Notes under the pieces: model-generated | What the model was told of the DNA's origin: nothing | The model's database searches: none | The model's input: only the letters and a program-made list of their open reading frames with translations | In this document: piece by piece, positions 1 through 14,100 of the stretch | Layout: every line of letters starts with the position of its first letter | Position numbering within the stretch: the first letter of the stretch is position 1 | Assembly: GCA_002269645.1 (NCBI GenBank) | Contig: NIVC01003879.1 | Location: 8,318 to 72,317 of the forward strand | DNA: 64,000 nucleotides | From: Macrostomum lignano | Lineage: Eukaryota | Direction: 5' to 3' | Translations under genes and position numbers: made by a program

Positions 1-529
1 CGGCCATATGGACCGGTGCAACGTACTATAGCCGCTTCAGAATGCATTTGACAGGGAGTTTTAAAGATTCAAGTTTTGACTTCAGAAAGTGACGGGTTTT
101 TTAATTTGATCCTTGTATTAGGATCTGTCACTGTTTTTGTTTTTTTATTAGAGGCAGGGGGGGTTGTGTGCACCCTGGCGCACTTTAAGCGACATCAACA
201 CACAACCGGCGAGAGGCATTACTTGCCCATTCCGCCGACTTCCCTGAGCAGGCACACAAGCGCGCGGATACGTACGCAGGCACACACTCACACAGGAGTG
301 TACAGCGGCCCTAACTTTATTTTATCGCTAGGCATGTACACTTCACTGCGCCTTGGGGGGTTGGCTCTCAAGGCCGTTAATTGCACGAGCAGAGCCAAGC
401 CGAGATTCAAATTCAATATCAGGATGCTGATATCGGCAGGCATTTGTTTCAATGACCGTGGGCGATCGGTGCGTTTTCTCCTATATTCAGAGCACGCGAC
501 ACTGCATTTTTGCAAGGGCTTGTCCCGTT

Positions 530-949
530 TCATCTCCAGGTAGCGCGGGACGGTGCTCTCGGACTTTTGACCCATAATAGCCATGATCTCGCTCATTGAA
601 TGCCCTTCCGATTCCAGGTCGCACACCCTGCCAACTCTAGTCTAGAACGGAGCAGGAAACAAGACCAGGGAAATTCAAATTATTTTCAATCATACAAACA
701 AGCACATCGGAAAAGTCACATATACTTTCATCGACCCACTAACTCAACGCGATGCTGATTTGTGTATTCCTTCGGCAGCTGGACTTCTTTACTCAGCGCC
801 TTCACGAAGGTCCTTAAGTGCGAGGTAGTTGATTTTCTAGGTAGAGAGCTAGCTAGGTGCGAGGTAGAGAAAGAATTCCTCGCTTCTTTCTGCTTTGAAA
901 AAAATGCCTGGTGCCTCCGACAATCGTCGTCAGTATCACTTTTCTCCAA
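530..949 (-). mobile_element. Degenerate Crypton-type (DUF3504-like) tyrosine recombinase C-terminal fragment, apparently split by a ~100-nt intron
   Basis: ORF 728-949 ends ...FVKALSKEVQLPKEYTNQHR. ORF 288-626 begins CDLESEGHSMSEIMAIMGQKSESTVPRY. Together these resemble the Crypton/ZMYM-type pattern ISK.AGLS..YTNHS.R ... L..AG......IM.I.GH.SE.S...Y. The intervening sequence ends in a pyrimidine-rich acceptor (ttcctgctccgttctag, AG at 643-642). Confidence 0.55.
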
Positions 950-1067
950 GAAAGTGCAAGTTCAATATCATTTGAAAGGTAAGTTAGAGCATACAAAAAT
1001 ACAAAGAGAAAATTACAATATATAAAATGGAGATTCCATACTTTGATTGCAGTTGGCATGTTCTATT

Positions 1068-1650
1068 TCAAGCAGGCGCATTCAGACAGCCGCAGGCCCC
1101 AAGGAGCTGCTGGGCTGTGCGCGTATCGTTGTCGTACTCATTCCAAAACCGCACGAACTGTTCCTGTCGGCGGCGGATGTCCACCCGCTGCAGGCGTCGA
1201 ACTCCTCCCTGGGCAAGCAGCTGCACCTCAACAGTGACAGGTCGCCCTTCGTCGTGCAGCAGCTTCAGAAGCAGGTAGAACTGGAGCTGGCCACGCTGCG
1301 CTCGGTGGTTCAGCTTGCGGTGCCAGCCCTCTGTATCGTTGTTAGTGCGTATCGCATGACGATAGACCGATAGCTCCGCGGTGGTCCAGATGCTGCTTCG
1401 GATCCAAGTTGACTGCACATAGTCACACAACTGCTGCAGTCGCTCCGAATCCACACTTGCACGCAGCTCATAGAATGCTCGTGCGATGTTTCCACCAGCT
1501 GGCAGGAATGGCAAACCCATGAGCTTACGACAGAAGCTCTGTGTGCGGGTTATGCCTGTTGGAGTCCAATGGCCTGAACATGCCGCCACACAGCCTGGGT
1601 ATAATGGAATGCGCAGCCACGAAGAGAAGACTCAGGGAATAATGAGAAGT
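1068..1650 (-). mobile_element. Mutator/MULE transposase C-terminal remnant (frameshifted)
   Basis: Minus strand from ~1650 reads LFPESSLRGCAFHYTQAVWRHVQAIGLQQA*, then shifts frame into RKLMGLPFLP...DYVQSTWI...SVYRHAIRTNNDTEGWHRKLN. CxxH, LPFLP and RTNNxxEGWH are hallmark MULE motifs. Confidence 0.85.
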
Positions 1651-2198
1651 CGAAGCCTTTGATATTTGTATATTCAATATACGCGATATCCGTGTCTTAT
1701 ACATGTATGTGTGTCATTTGCACATATTGGTGTTCCTTGCCTTTGTGCATTTGTGCAATATGCAACATGATTGGCTGTTCACTGAAATCCAGGCAGAGCA
1801 CAACGTGTCATTCGCACACACGGTATTCCTTGCCCTTGGCATTGCATTGTGCAATATGAACGTTAACCTCTGTATTTGTCAATTATGTACATTGCTTACA
1901 TGTGTGCATTCCTTACTCTGTCCCCAGTAAGATGTACGGAAGACCCAGTGCCTTTGCATGGTGTTACTAATCGGTGAACATGCATCATTTTGTCCAGTGT
2001 CTCGACTCTCACCCATGCACTCATACGTATTATAGCAGGAGAAATGTGTAGAAATGGATATAAATTATTGTACATATTACAAGTTGAAATTTAATATCAA
2101 ACATTTTACTTCACTTAAACAAATGCATTCAGCTCGTAGGCCTAGTCAGGAAAGGAATGCATAACGAATGTATGCAATCAAGCGAGTCAAGCAAAACC

Positions 2199-2284
2199 TT
2201 TCGCCGAAATGGCTTCGCCGAAATGTCCTTTCGCCGAACTGCCTTTCGCCGAAATGTCTTTTCGCCGAAGTGACTTGAAGCCGT
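2199..2284. repeat. Five short TTCGCCGAA repeats, possibly subterminal repeats of a DNA transposon end
   Basis: ttcgccgaa recurs 5 times at ~14-16 bp spacing and ends in gtgacttgaagccg. It lies upstream of the MULE ORF on the minus strand. No matching opposite end was found. Confidence 0.4.
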
Positions 2285-2546
2285 GTTGTCTCACCTACTT
2301 TATTTTGTATAGCCTGGTAGCTAATTGCTGAACTAGATTTTGTACAGAAACTGCCGCTAATGGAATTTCTTTCTGCATAATAATATAATAAATAGGCTGA
2401 ACGAGAGGCTTAATTTAAGTTAGCTATTTGTGATTAGGCCTGCTCAGTCCTAAGAATAAGATTAAGCTTAAAATAAAGTTGTGCTTTTTAATAGGCCTAG
2501 ATTAGTCATGGCCCCTTGTGGAATTTTTTTTACTGACAATGGTACA

Positions 2547-4957
2547 ATGGAATCCTTAATTTGGAAGAATCTGAATTTCTTTTGCTATGATAATGCATTG
2601 TTTCTTGCTGAACATCTTTATGCACAAGATAAAACTGAATCAAGTGCATATATATTAGCAACATGTTTCCATAGGTGTAATCGGCCAAATCAAGCTAAAA
2701 AGCTTTTGCAATGTTCTGCATTAACACAGCCTTTGACAAGGTAGGTTAAAGAACCTAATAATTTAATATTTTTAAGCCTAGAATTTAGTCTTTGTGTAAA
2801 TGTAATGTCATGAGTAGGCCCTATTTGACTTGATACTTGAAAGTCTAGGCCTAATACTTGGCCCTATTTTTCATACTTAAAACTATTGAGAAATTTTTTA
2901 GTAGTTAGATAGTTTCTAAAGCTGATTCAACTAGTAGATAAATAACAAGTTTAATAATAACTTATAATATTATAAATATATATATATATATATAATATAA
3001 TAATATATCAATCCAGACTTGAGTCACTACCTATCTCTACCTATAAAAATCAAAACTCTGTTTGTCTGTCTGTCTGTGGACAAATTACTTCGCTATGGAC
3101 TTCAAAACCGCTCAACCAAATTACACCAAACTTATTACGGAGAATGTCTTTGGCTACCTTTAAATTTCCTAGACTCAAGTCTTCCTACCTAAAAGTACAA
3201 AAAACTGCTCAAAATGTGCAATTTTTTTCACTAGATCCTCCATAGCGCCGCTCCACTTCTATCGATTTTCTTCAAATTTGACATAGATAATCTTAAACTT
3301 GGCACAACTTAAATTTAAACTTAAATTTTGGCACAATCATGTAAAATTTCGAGTTTCAAAGTTAATCCTAAGCGGTGCTATGCACTTTTAAAGTTAGGCT
3401 GTTTTTTTCAGTGTAGCAACCACCCCAACCTCCGCCCGCCTGCCTCTCTTTCCCGATCTGGGCCCAGATGTGTAAAAGGGTTTCAAAATTGACTAAATTT
3501 CAGCTGCCATAAGTTTGCTCCACGTAAAGCAATTTATGTCAAACCTGACACAGTTCTTCATTAACCCATTCTCTATCTAAATGTAAAGTTTCAACTCTGT
3601 AACTCAACTGAAAAAGAAACTGTAAGCATGTGATATTTGTCTGCTTTTTCTGTTGTTTGTGCCATTCACTCACTCATTCCCCAGAGCCAGACGAAGGGTC
3701 AGGCGATAGGACTGAATGTACATAGCAAATGTACAGTGTTTTGGAATAATTTTATTTATAGCCTTCTCTGCACCCCGAGAGTAGAAAGGCTACATTTAGC
3801 CATAACAATTTAGTGAGAAATTCTAACCACTGTCCTAGCTCTGTATTGGCAAACTCTGCAGTAGTTTAACAGTGGATGGCAATTGGCAATTGGCAAATAG
3901 AAAGAATCCACTATCCAGCATGGTTTGTAAAAGCGAAAGATTTATGAAAAGGCGATGCAATGCAATGCAATACAACCCTACTAAATTAGGCATACCATAG
4001 AAATTTTAGGTTTTGTTTAAAGGTACTATGTAAATATTAAATGACCTCCTAAGAAATGCATATTTCCTTGGTTGTTAGACTGATGCAGACTGCAGTGGAG
4101 CTGAAAATACACAAATTCCTTTCAGGGCTGCAAATTGGCAAGAAAGATGACATGATCAAAGCATGAGAACAACCATGAGAGTACTATGTCCCACAAACTG
4201 GCTTTCCAAGCAGGGATGGGCAGACTTTTACCTCAAAGTCCAGATAAAGAATCTAGCTCATAGCTGAAGGGCAGATGAAAGTGGAAAGAAGAAGGAATAG
4301 ACGATTCGAGGAGAGGCAACAGAGGGGATAAAAGAAAAGATAAAAGATAATAGGAGAGATGAAGGGGTGAGGACGATGAGAGAGGGAGAGGGAGAAAAGA
4401 GGGGAGAGAGGAAAAGCAAGAGGAGAGAATAGAGATGAAAGAGCAGAGAGCTGCAGATGAGAGGTGAGAGGAGATAGCAGAGAGGAGAGCAGAGAGGAAA
4501 CAGGTGAAAGAAGAGATGAGAGAGTAAAGGGAAGAGAGAAGAGATAAAGATACATCTCTACATCTCTAAGGTTGTAGAGATGAGAGGTGGAAAGAGAGAT
4601 GAGAGATGAGAGATAATGGAGAGAGGAGAGTGGAGTGAGAGAAGAGAGGGAGACAGAGTATAGAAAAGGGAAGAGAAGAGAAAAGAAGAAAGGAGAAAGG
4701 AAAGTGAGTAGTCAAAAGAGGGGAAAGAAAAGAGTACAGAGGAGAGAGGTGAGAGAACATATAAGACATAGATGCGATATTAAAGAGGGGATGAGAGAGC
4801 AGAGATGAGAGTGAACAGATAAAAGATGGGAGAGTAGAGAGAACAGAGGAGAGGTTACAGAGACAAGAGGAGAGAGGAGAGACAAAGGTAGAGAAGTGAG
4901 TGAGGAGAGAGGAGAGGAAAGAGGAGAATGGAAAAGGGAGAGATAAGAGAGAAAGAC

Positions 4958-4995
<38 letters not shown>

Positions 4996-5102
4996 GGCGC
5001 CTCCAATTTCAGGCATGGACGCGGTACATGTAAAAAGGACAAACAAGTCAAGTTGATTTAAGTTGCCGATATTTCAAATTAGGTAAATTCTTTGTCAGGG
5101 CA

Positions 5103-5193
<91 letters not shown>

Positions 5194-8100
5194 AGGAGGA
5201 GTAGAGAGAAATGAGAAAAGATAAAAGAAGAGAAAGGAAAGATGAGAGAGCAAAGACGAGAGAGAAAAGAGGTGCAGGAAGAGACGAGAGAAAAGGGGAG
5301 AGATGAGAGAGTAGAGGCAAGAGTTAAGAGAAGAGAGAAAAGAATAGAAAGGAGAAGGAAGATAAGAGAGAAGAGGGGGTGAAAGGAGAAAGGAGAGGAG
5401 AGAGAAAAGAAGAGACAAGAGATGAGATAAGAGAGATCAGGGAAGATACAAGAGAAGAGGGGAGAGACGAGAGAGGAGAGATGAGGGATGAGAGAGATGA
5501 GAGGAAACAAAGAGACGATAGAAATTTTTAAGGATCCAAGGGATGTAGGGAGAGTTAGGGAGAGACCAGAGTTTAGCAATATATGTTTTAGAGTCAGACA
5601 GACATTGCCTAACATTCTGCGCAATACCCCAGCCAACAATGTCTCAAACCCTAATTTTAAACAAATGTGCTCCATTTTATGTCTACCTCTATCCTACTAA
5701 CTATTAACAAGTATTTGTTTGTGTATGGCCTTAGATTTCAGAATAAATGCAAAAGTAGTTCCGGGTATTGGAATTCCCCGGGTTCAAAATCTGCGGGTTT
5801 CAACAGCTTGTTATATATAATAGTGACTCAAGTCCAAAATCCAATATTCAAAGAATATTTGCTAAATTTATCATCCATAGTTCAGAAGGCAAAATGTATG
5901 CTAGGATTTCCTTGGGTACAACAAGGCCAAGGATCTTACTATTTTTTGTGTATATCAGGATATATCTAGACATATATGACATAGCAGATATATTATTATT
6001 ATGTCAAATGAAAAAAATTGTTTTGGTGCACAAACCTGGTGTATAAACAAGGTCTCGTCATTTTTTTCCAGTATTAAACCCAGCCTATACTAATACTATG
6101 GCTTTTCATAAATAGGGCCTAGTTTTAGCTTTCTATCAATTTGCACTAAACTAAAGCCAAGGCATTTTCATTGTATATAAAATATTTATAGGCATAATGT
6201 TTTTGTTTTTTCTTTATTGTTGTAGCTTATTAATATATATACCCATAGGAAGATGTTTTTTTCATGGAAAATTTTGGTACAAAAGGAGATTAGACCTGCA
6301 CTGCATTGGCAAATACTAGTGCGATAGTAGGCAAAAGAGAAAAATCTGGCACAGTATGGCACAGGACAAAAATTGGCATAATTTTATACAAGACAAAAGC
6401 TTCTGACAAGACAATATTTTCTCTGACAGAAAATTAGCATGTAATTTTTAGACTTAGTTATATAGATTTCTTTTTATTAGCACTTTTGTTTGCCACAAAT
6501 TGCCGACATATTGACAGCTTTTTAAAATTAATTTATGTTAACATTGCATTTTTTATGAAACAGATTCATATACAAGTTTTACCAATATTTTTCAAATAGA
6601 AAATTACTGCTTTTTCATTTTTTCAAAAAGTTGCAATACATAGTGCAAGCAAACTTTTTGATAAAAAATGATTTCTGGCACATGGTGCAAACAAACTTTT
6701 TTGATAGGATCTTTACATGTAATGTTTGACAAATAGTTCTCAAATGGAAAGATAGAAAAATGGGAAAGATTACTATACTGTGTGACAAATTCATGCAAAT
6801 ACAACAAAATATACATAATTGTACACTGTAGCCATTTCAACATAAATTGATCTAGCCTACTCAACAAAAAGTTTGGGGCACCTAGTTTGAGACAAGTGAG
6901 TTGTGCCCCATGACCTTGCAGATGAAGGCTCTAGCCAGAGCATCATAGACAAACTTAATACCATGAAAATGCACATTGAAGGGTAAGTGCTTGAATAGAG
7001 GCAAATAGAAAACCTTTGATTTTGCTGCAGAAGTCACTTAAGTACTCATATAGTTGTGGTTTGCTCAAGCCAGCAAAGATAGCCACCAGAAAAGGCTAAA
7101 GTGAAACAGCTGATCTTTATGAGAATGGGCCAAATTTGGAATTTGGAGGACTTATAGACAGGCATCCATATTAACTGTCACATAAAACATATGCACAGTT
7201 CTCAATTAGGTAGAGTTTTTGTGCTGTTCAGTTCCAGTAGGTTCTTCTTAATTAAGTAGGCTAGAGTTTTCTGGATAGACAGGTAGGCAAACCATCCTTC
7301 ATTCCTACATGAGAAGTGTTAAACAAGAGCATGTATTGAACTAGGACATCATTTAGGGTGTCCAAGCTCTTTCTCTCAGGCTCATACAAGTCACTATTGG
7401 TGTCTGATAGCGGATCCAGATCCTCATCAAAGCAGTATGTAGGCTCCTTGGCATCAGCTTCGCAGAAATCCACTTCTTCCATTAACCTAAAGTTGTCAAT
7501 CTCCATCGCCTCGAAATTCAGTGTGCTTTTTCTAAATGTTAAATGTTAAATAATGTGATAAATGACAAAGCAGATACCTGTAATGGTGTTATATTACATA
7601 CATGCGCAACCTTGGGAATCACCTGGCCGTTTCTATTGGCAACACACACATGTAAGTCGCTATTGGCTGAGAGCAGTCACGTGACTACTATTCTGTCCAA
7701 TAGCGACTTACATGTGTATGTTGCCAATAGAAACGGCCGGGTGAATTCCTAAGTTGCGCCCAAGCATGTGTTATAATGTCAACTAAGTGCATACATGAGT
7801 TTTTGAATTGGCCACCATAACGCCAACTGGCCATTGAATGGCCACCGATGGCATGAGCCAACATTACTTGCATTAGCATAGTAAAGTGGCGAGATATATC
7901 AAACTATTTAGCAAAATAGTCAATTCAATGCCTTAATATTCTGAATTCCTGATTTGTGATGCACACACTATCATATTGTGGGTCATACATGCGCAACAGT
8001 CGGCCGAGTCGGCCGATCTGGCCGACCGATTTGGCGACCAACCAAGGAAGTCGCAAAAATTCCCACCCGAAAAAATACCAAAGTAGTAGTACTAAGTAGC

Positions 8101-11100
8101 TGACGAGGCATTTTGACTTAATAAGACAGTCATAGTTACTCCTGCCGTTTATCCAAAGTTGCGTTAATTTTGAGTCAGGGTTTTTTTATATGTAAGTCGC
8201 ATTTTTGGCCAAAAACTACGTCGCATTTTTGTTAAAATGAAGTCGCATGGCCGACCGAATTTTGGAGGTTGCGCATGTATGTTGTGGGTATATATGTGCA
8301 TATGACTATGGTTATGGTGTTAAGAAATGCAGTTATAAGATGCTTGCCTGTCTCCCATACCCCAGGTACCTTTACGCCCAGTGCTGCCTAGAGACTGGCG
8401 ACCTGAGCGCAGCAGAGGACGCCTTGATAAACAGCCGAACTGGCTTAGCATTTGCTCAGCCACAGGCTCAACAGACGCCAATTCAAACTGGATTGAATGC
8501 CAATGACGATCTATCTAGACTCTGCAGAGACTTTGGCGGCGATAATTCGGAAGATTCCACAGCTGTTGGATTTGCTTTGAAACTTCTCGGCGACGTTTAT
8601 CGTCGTACAGATCGAAATGAACGAGCCGCCGAGTGCTATAGGAGAGCGTTGGGCTTTAATCCTTATCTGTGGACCTGCTACGAGGCATTGTGCAGCCTGG
8701 GCGAGGCGCCAGATCCTGCTGTCGCGTTTCCGGTAGCTATACGATTTGCTTTATATTTGCCCTATCCATTGTTGAGTACATGGACCACTAAATAAAATAG
8801 ATGTGACTTGCATTGTAGTGTCCATGGACCACTAAGTACTCGTATAGTAAATGTGTGACCTGTATTTTATGGTTCATGGACCACTAAGTGGAGTAGATGA
8901 GCATGCTTGGGCGCAACCTAGGGATTTACCCGGCCGTTTCTATTGGCAACACACACATGTAAGTCGCTATTGGACGGAATAGTAGTCACGTGACTGCTCT
9001 CAGCCAATAGCGACTTACATGTGTGTGTTGCCATTAGAAACAGCCGGGTGATTCCCAAGGTTGCGCATGTATGGTAGATGAGTGACCTGCATTGTTGGTT
9101 CCATGGATCGACTATCAAGTGGAGATAAGCAGTGTCCATGGACCATTAAGTAAAGTAGATGCGTGTGACCTGCATTGTTAGGACCATGGATCACTAAACT
9201 GATCGACACTGTTTCTTGGAAGCTTTTAAAGGCTCACCTTAACCCTAGAATTCTTGAGAATTATAGCGAATTTTAGTTAAATATTAAAAATACTTTAAAT
9301 TATGCCCTCAGGTGCAGACAGCAACAGCAGGTCTGGACACCTCCTCGGCTTCCTCGTTGTCAGCTGACTGCGGTGGCTTAGGCGGTGATGCCAGTTCAGT
9401 TGGTATAGCTAATAATAACAGCAATAGTACTCGACAGTTCTCAGTGGAATCGGCGGCGTCCACGGATGCTTCTGGTTGGTTTGAATTTAATATAATTGCT
9501 TTATTGATGTTCCCTGACTTTTCTTATCTGGACTGGAGGCCCTGAATTCGACACTCTTGAACAAAAAATCTGGACTGGAGTCCCTGAATTCGACACTCTT
9601 GAACAAAAAATCTGGACTGGAGTCACTGAATTCGACACACTTAAACAAAAAATCTGGACTGGAGTCCCTGAATTCGACACTCTTAAACAAAAAATCTGGA
9701 CTGGAGTCACTGAATTCGACACACTTAAACAAAAAATCTGGACTGGAGTCCCTGAATTCGACACTCTTGAACAAAAAATCTGGACTGGAGTCCCTGAATT
9801 CGACACTCTTGAACAAAAAATCTGGACTGGAGTCACTGAAATCGACAATAGACACCCTTAAACATAGATTCAAGATTCTGGATAGAAGTCCCTGAATTCG
9901 ACACTCTTGAACAAAAAATCTGGACTGGAGTCCCTGAATTCGACACTCTTGTACATAAATATTGGATTGGAAACCCTCGGATTACTAATCACTTATCACT
10001 GAACTGAAGACAAATGCTAACATAACATTTCTCTCTTATTACCCCAAAAATAGTTTCTGGCGCTGGTTTCGCTACCGTTTCGGTTGCCTCAGCCACCGCC
10101 GCCTCAGCTGCAGCTGCCACTCCAGCCGTTAGCGGAGTCATCCCGGCGCCGCCAGCCATCGCCGACGCGCCAATGCGACGAAGACCTAGAAGCGGTCGGC
10201 AGCAGCAGCAGCAGCAGCAAATTGCTCCAGGAGCCGATTCGGCCGTTAATTTCCCCTACATTCTAGACTCGGCCTATTCAACTCCTTTGCCTTCGTCTAT
10301 GGCTGCGTCCACCGCTGCCGCAATCGCCGCCGTCGCTGCGACACCCGCGGCATCCGCGGTAGCGACAGCAACGGTTCTCCCAGTGTCGACGCCTGTAGCG
10401 CAGAACTATCGTGCGCTGGCCATGTCGCCACTGGGCGCCAAGGAGAACAATCAGGGAGTGCGAACGCGTGCCCAGACGCGATCGCTGATGTCATCGCGGG
10501 CTGGCAATATTTCTAGGCGGAGTCGGTCGTTCCGGAGCAAAGATAATAGCTCAATGGAGGACGAGGTGAGTAGAAATTTTAATTATTGCTATAATAGATT
10601 GCATGCATAGCAGTTGACTTGAGATATAGGTATTAATAGCGGCAACGGAGATTATTAGACTGACGAACATACCAGGTAGAGTGACGGAGATTACAGGTAG
10701 AATTACGCATATTACAGGTAGACTGACAGACATTACTGATATTATATGTATGTAGAGTTACAGATATGACAGGTGGAATTACGGCTATTACAGGTAGAAT
10801 TACGGCTATTACAGGTAGAATTACGGCTATTACAGGTAGAATTACGGCTATTACAGGTGGAATTACGGCTATTACAGGTGGAATTACGAATATTACGGGT
10901 AGAATGACGGAGATTGCAGGTAGAATTACGCATATTAAAGGTAGACTGACAGACATTACAGGTGGAATTACTGATATTACAGGTAGCCTGAAGGAGAATG
11001 GAGATCACAGGTAGGATCACAGCTTAGAGGTAGACTGATGCAAAATACAGGTGGATTGACAGAGATTACAGCAGGTAGATTGAAAGAGATTACAGGTAGA

Positions 11101-14100
11101 TTGACAGAGATTTCAGGTAGATTGACTGAGATTACAGGCAGATTGGTGGAGATTACAGGTAGATTGACAGAGATCACAGTTACAGGTAGATTGACAGAGA
11201 TCACAGTTACAGGTAGATTGACAGAGATCACAGTTACAGGTAAATTTACAGAGATCACAGTTACAGGTAGATTGACAGAGATCACAGTTACAGGTAGATT
11301 GACAGAGATCACAGTTACAGGTAAATTTACAGAGATCACAGTTACAGGTAGATTGACAGATATTACAGGTAGATTGACAGATATTACAGGTAGATTGACA
11401 GAGATTACAGGTAGATTGACAGATTACAGGTAGATTGACAGAGATTACAGGTAGATTGACAGATTACAGGCAGATTGACTGAGATTACAAATAGAATGAC
11501 AGCTTACAGATAGACTTATGAAGATTACAGGTAAAATATTACAACCACCCAATTAGATTGATATACAGTGAGGTGTATTCCCTTAATTATAAATATACCC
11601 TCAGCCCGAGAACAAGCCTCAGCAGCAGCAGCAACAGCAGCAGGTTTCGTCGCTTCTAGAAGAGCATAATCCAGCTGTCTCAGGCATAATTGGTGGCGAT
11701 CTTCATCAGCAGCAACACAAACAGCAGCAGCGATTAGCTTGGCTAATACCCCAGCTCCATCAGCTAGCCAGCGCCTACCGGCACCTATCCAATTGCCAAT
11801 GGTCTGACGCGGCTAAACTATTGGAATCTCTGCCGCCCAAACTGCATTACAGTGGCCCGGCATTGCAGTGGCTGAGCAGGGCCTATTACGAATTAGAGGA
11901 TTATCACGGTGCATGTAGGCTGTTTAGCGAGCTGCGCCAGAGACAGCCGTGGAATCTGCGCGGAATGGACGTGTACAGCAGCACGCTGTGGTATCTGCAG
12001 AAAGAGGCCCAGCTGAGTTCGCTAGCTAGAGATCTGCTAGACTTGGACAGGTGCGCCGCTGTTGAGCCTTGGTGCGCTGCCGGCAATTGCTTCTCTTTGC
12101 AGAGGGAGCACGAGATTGCTTTGAAATATTTCCGACGGGCTACTCAGGTGAGTAGTATATTTTGTAGTGTTTAATGCTAGGAATAATTCCCCCTGTAGCC
12201 TTAAATACCCCTTGATTGAATAATACCCTCGTAGCTCCAGATTCCCTGATATAGGAATACCCCCGTAGCTCCAGATTCCCTGATATAGGAATACCCCCGT
12301 AGCTCCAGATTCCCTGATATAGGAATACCCCGTAGCTCCAGATTCCCTGATATAGGAATACCCCGTAGGCCGTAGCTCCAGATTCCCTGATATAGGAATA
12401 CCCCGTAGCTCCAGATTCCCTGATATAGGAATACCCCGTAGCTCCAGATTCCCTGATATAGGAATACCCCGTAGGCCGTAGCTCCAGATTCCTTGATATA
12501 GGAATACCCCCGTAGCTCCAGATTCCCTGATATAGGAATACCCCGTAGCTCCAGATTCCCTGATATAGGAATACCCCGTAGGCCGTAGCTCCAGATTCCC
12601 TGATATAGGAATACCCCCGTAGCTCCAGATTCCCTGATATAGGAATACCCCGTAGGCCGTAGCTCCAGATTCCCTGATATAGGAATACCCCCGTAGCTCC
12701 AGATTCCCTGATATAGGAATACCCCCGTAGCTCCAGATTCCCTGATATAGGAATACCCTGTAGCTCCAGATTCCCTGATATAGGAATACCCCCGTAGCTC
12801 CAGATTCCCTGATATAGGAATACCCCCGGAGCTCCAGATTCCCTGATATAGGAATACCCCCGGAGCTCCAGATTCCCTGATATAGGAATACCCCCATAAC
12901 TCCAGATAACCAACATGCAATGTAGGAATACCCTGTAGCTTAAGATTCCCTTATATAGGAATACCCCCCGTAGCTCCAAATACCCTGATATAGGAATACC
13001 CGGTGACTTTCATTTAAAAATTCCCCAGAACCCTTGAATCTTTCCGTGACTTAACACTCCCCAGATACGGAATACCCCTCGTGGTTTTAAACTACCTCAA
13101 GGCTATAAATTCTTAAACAGTCTAACTACCCCCGATAACCTCGCTCCATCATTTGCCCAGGTAAATCCTAATTACGCATACGCTTACGTACTACTAGCCC
13201 TGGAGTACACTTCCATAGACCAGCTGGAGAAGGCTCTGGCAGCATTTCGCACCGCCGTTCGACTCGAACCGCGCGCTTACAACGCCTGGTACGGCATTAG
13301 CAATGTATACTTTAAGCAGGAGAAGTTCGCCCTAGCCGAGTGTCACTTTATAAAAGCTTTGAGAATCTATCCGAATTCGGCCGTGTTGCTAACCAATTTC
13401 GGCGTCACTATGGCCAGGATGGGCCGTCTAAGCGAGGCGCTGGACTTGTTCACCAAGGCCAAGTCTTTGTCGCCAAAAATGCCGCTCTGCCGCTATCAGC
13501 GCGCTTCGGTGCTGTTCACGCTTGGTCGTCACCAGGATGCCCTCCAGGAGTTGAATAGTTTGCGTCAGCTGACGCCTAAGGAGAGTCGGGTGTTCTTCCT
13601 GCTCGGTCGGGTCTATAAAGCTTTGGATCAGGTGAGTGAATTTTTTATTTTTAAAAACGGCCCTTTTGAGGCACCGTTTTTGTATTATAATATTAATTGT
13701 ATTCTACTAGTTAGTATTCCTAATACTACTAGTACATAAACATTTGACGGTGTTTTTATGCATAGGAATTTTTACGATCGATAATAATTGATAGAAATTA
13801 TGTTATTATATATGTTCATCTATATTTAGTTAAAACGGCCTTTTTCGGGCCGTCACGATTTTCGATCGTGAATCTCGATTGTACTATTTTGATATACGAG
13901 TAAACTATTAGTTTTGTGTTGTATCGCTAAAACGGCCCTTTTAAGGCGGACCAACATTGAAGCACTTTTTAGTCTTCGTTTAGTAGACTGCTTATTGAAT
14001 TATAATCGAGCTATTGGCATGATTATAAAGCCACTTTGACGATTCTAATAAATTCTAATAAAACTATTTTGTTCAATCTGCCTTCAAAACGGTCCTGTCA

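Noticed and set aside
4253-5700. Leu/Ser-rich membrane-protein-like ORFs
   Set aside because: They are translations of the GA/TC low-complexity tract.
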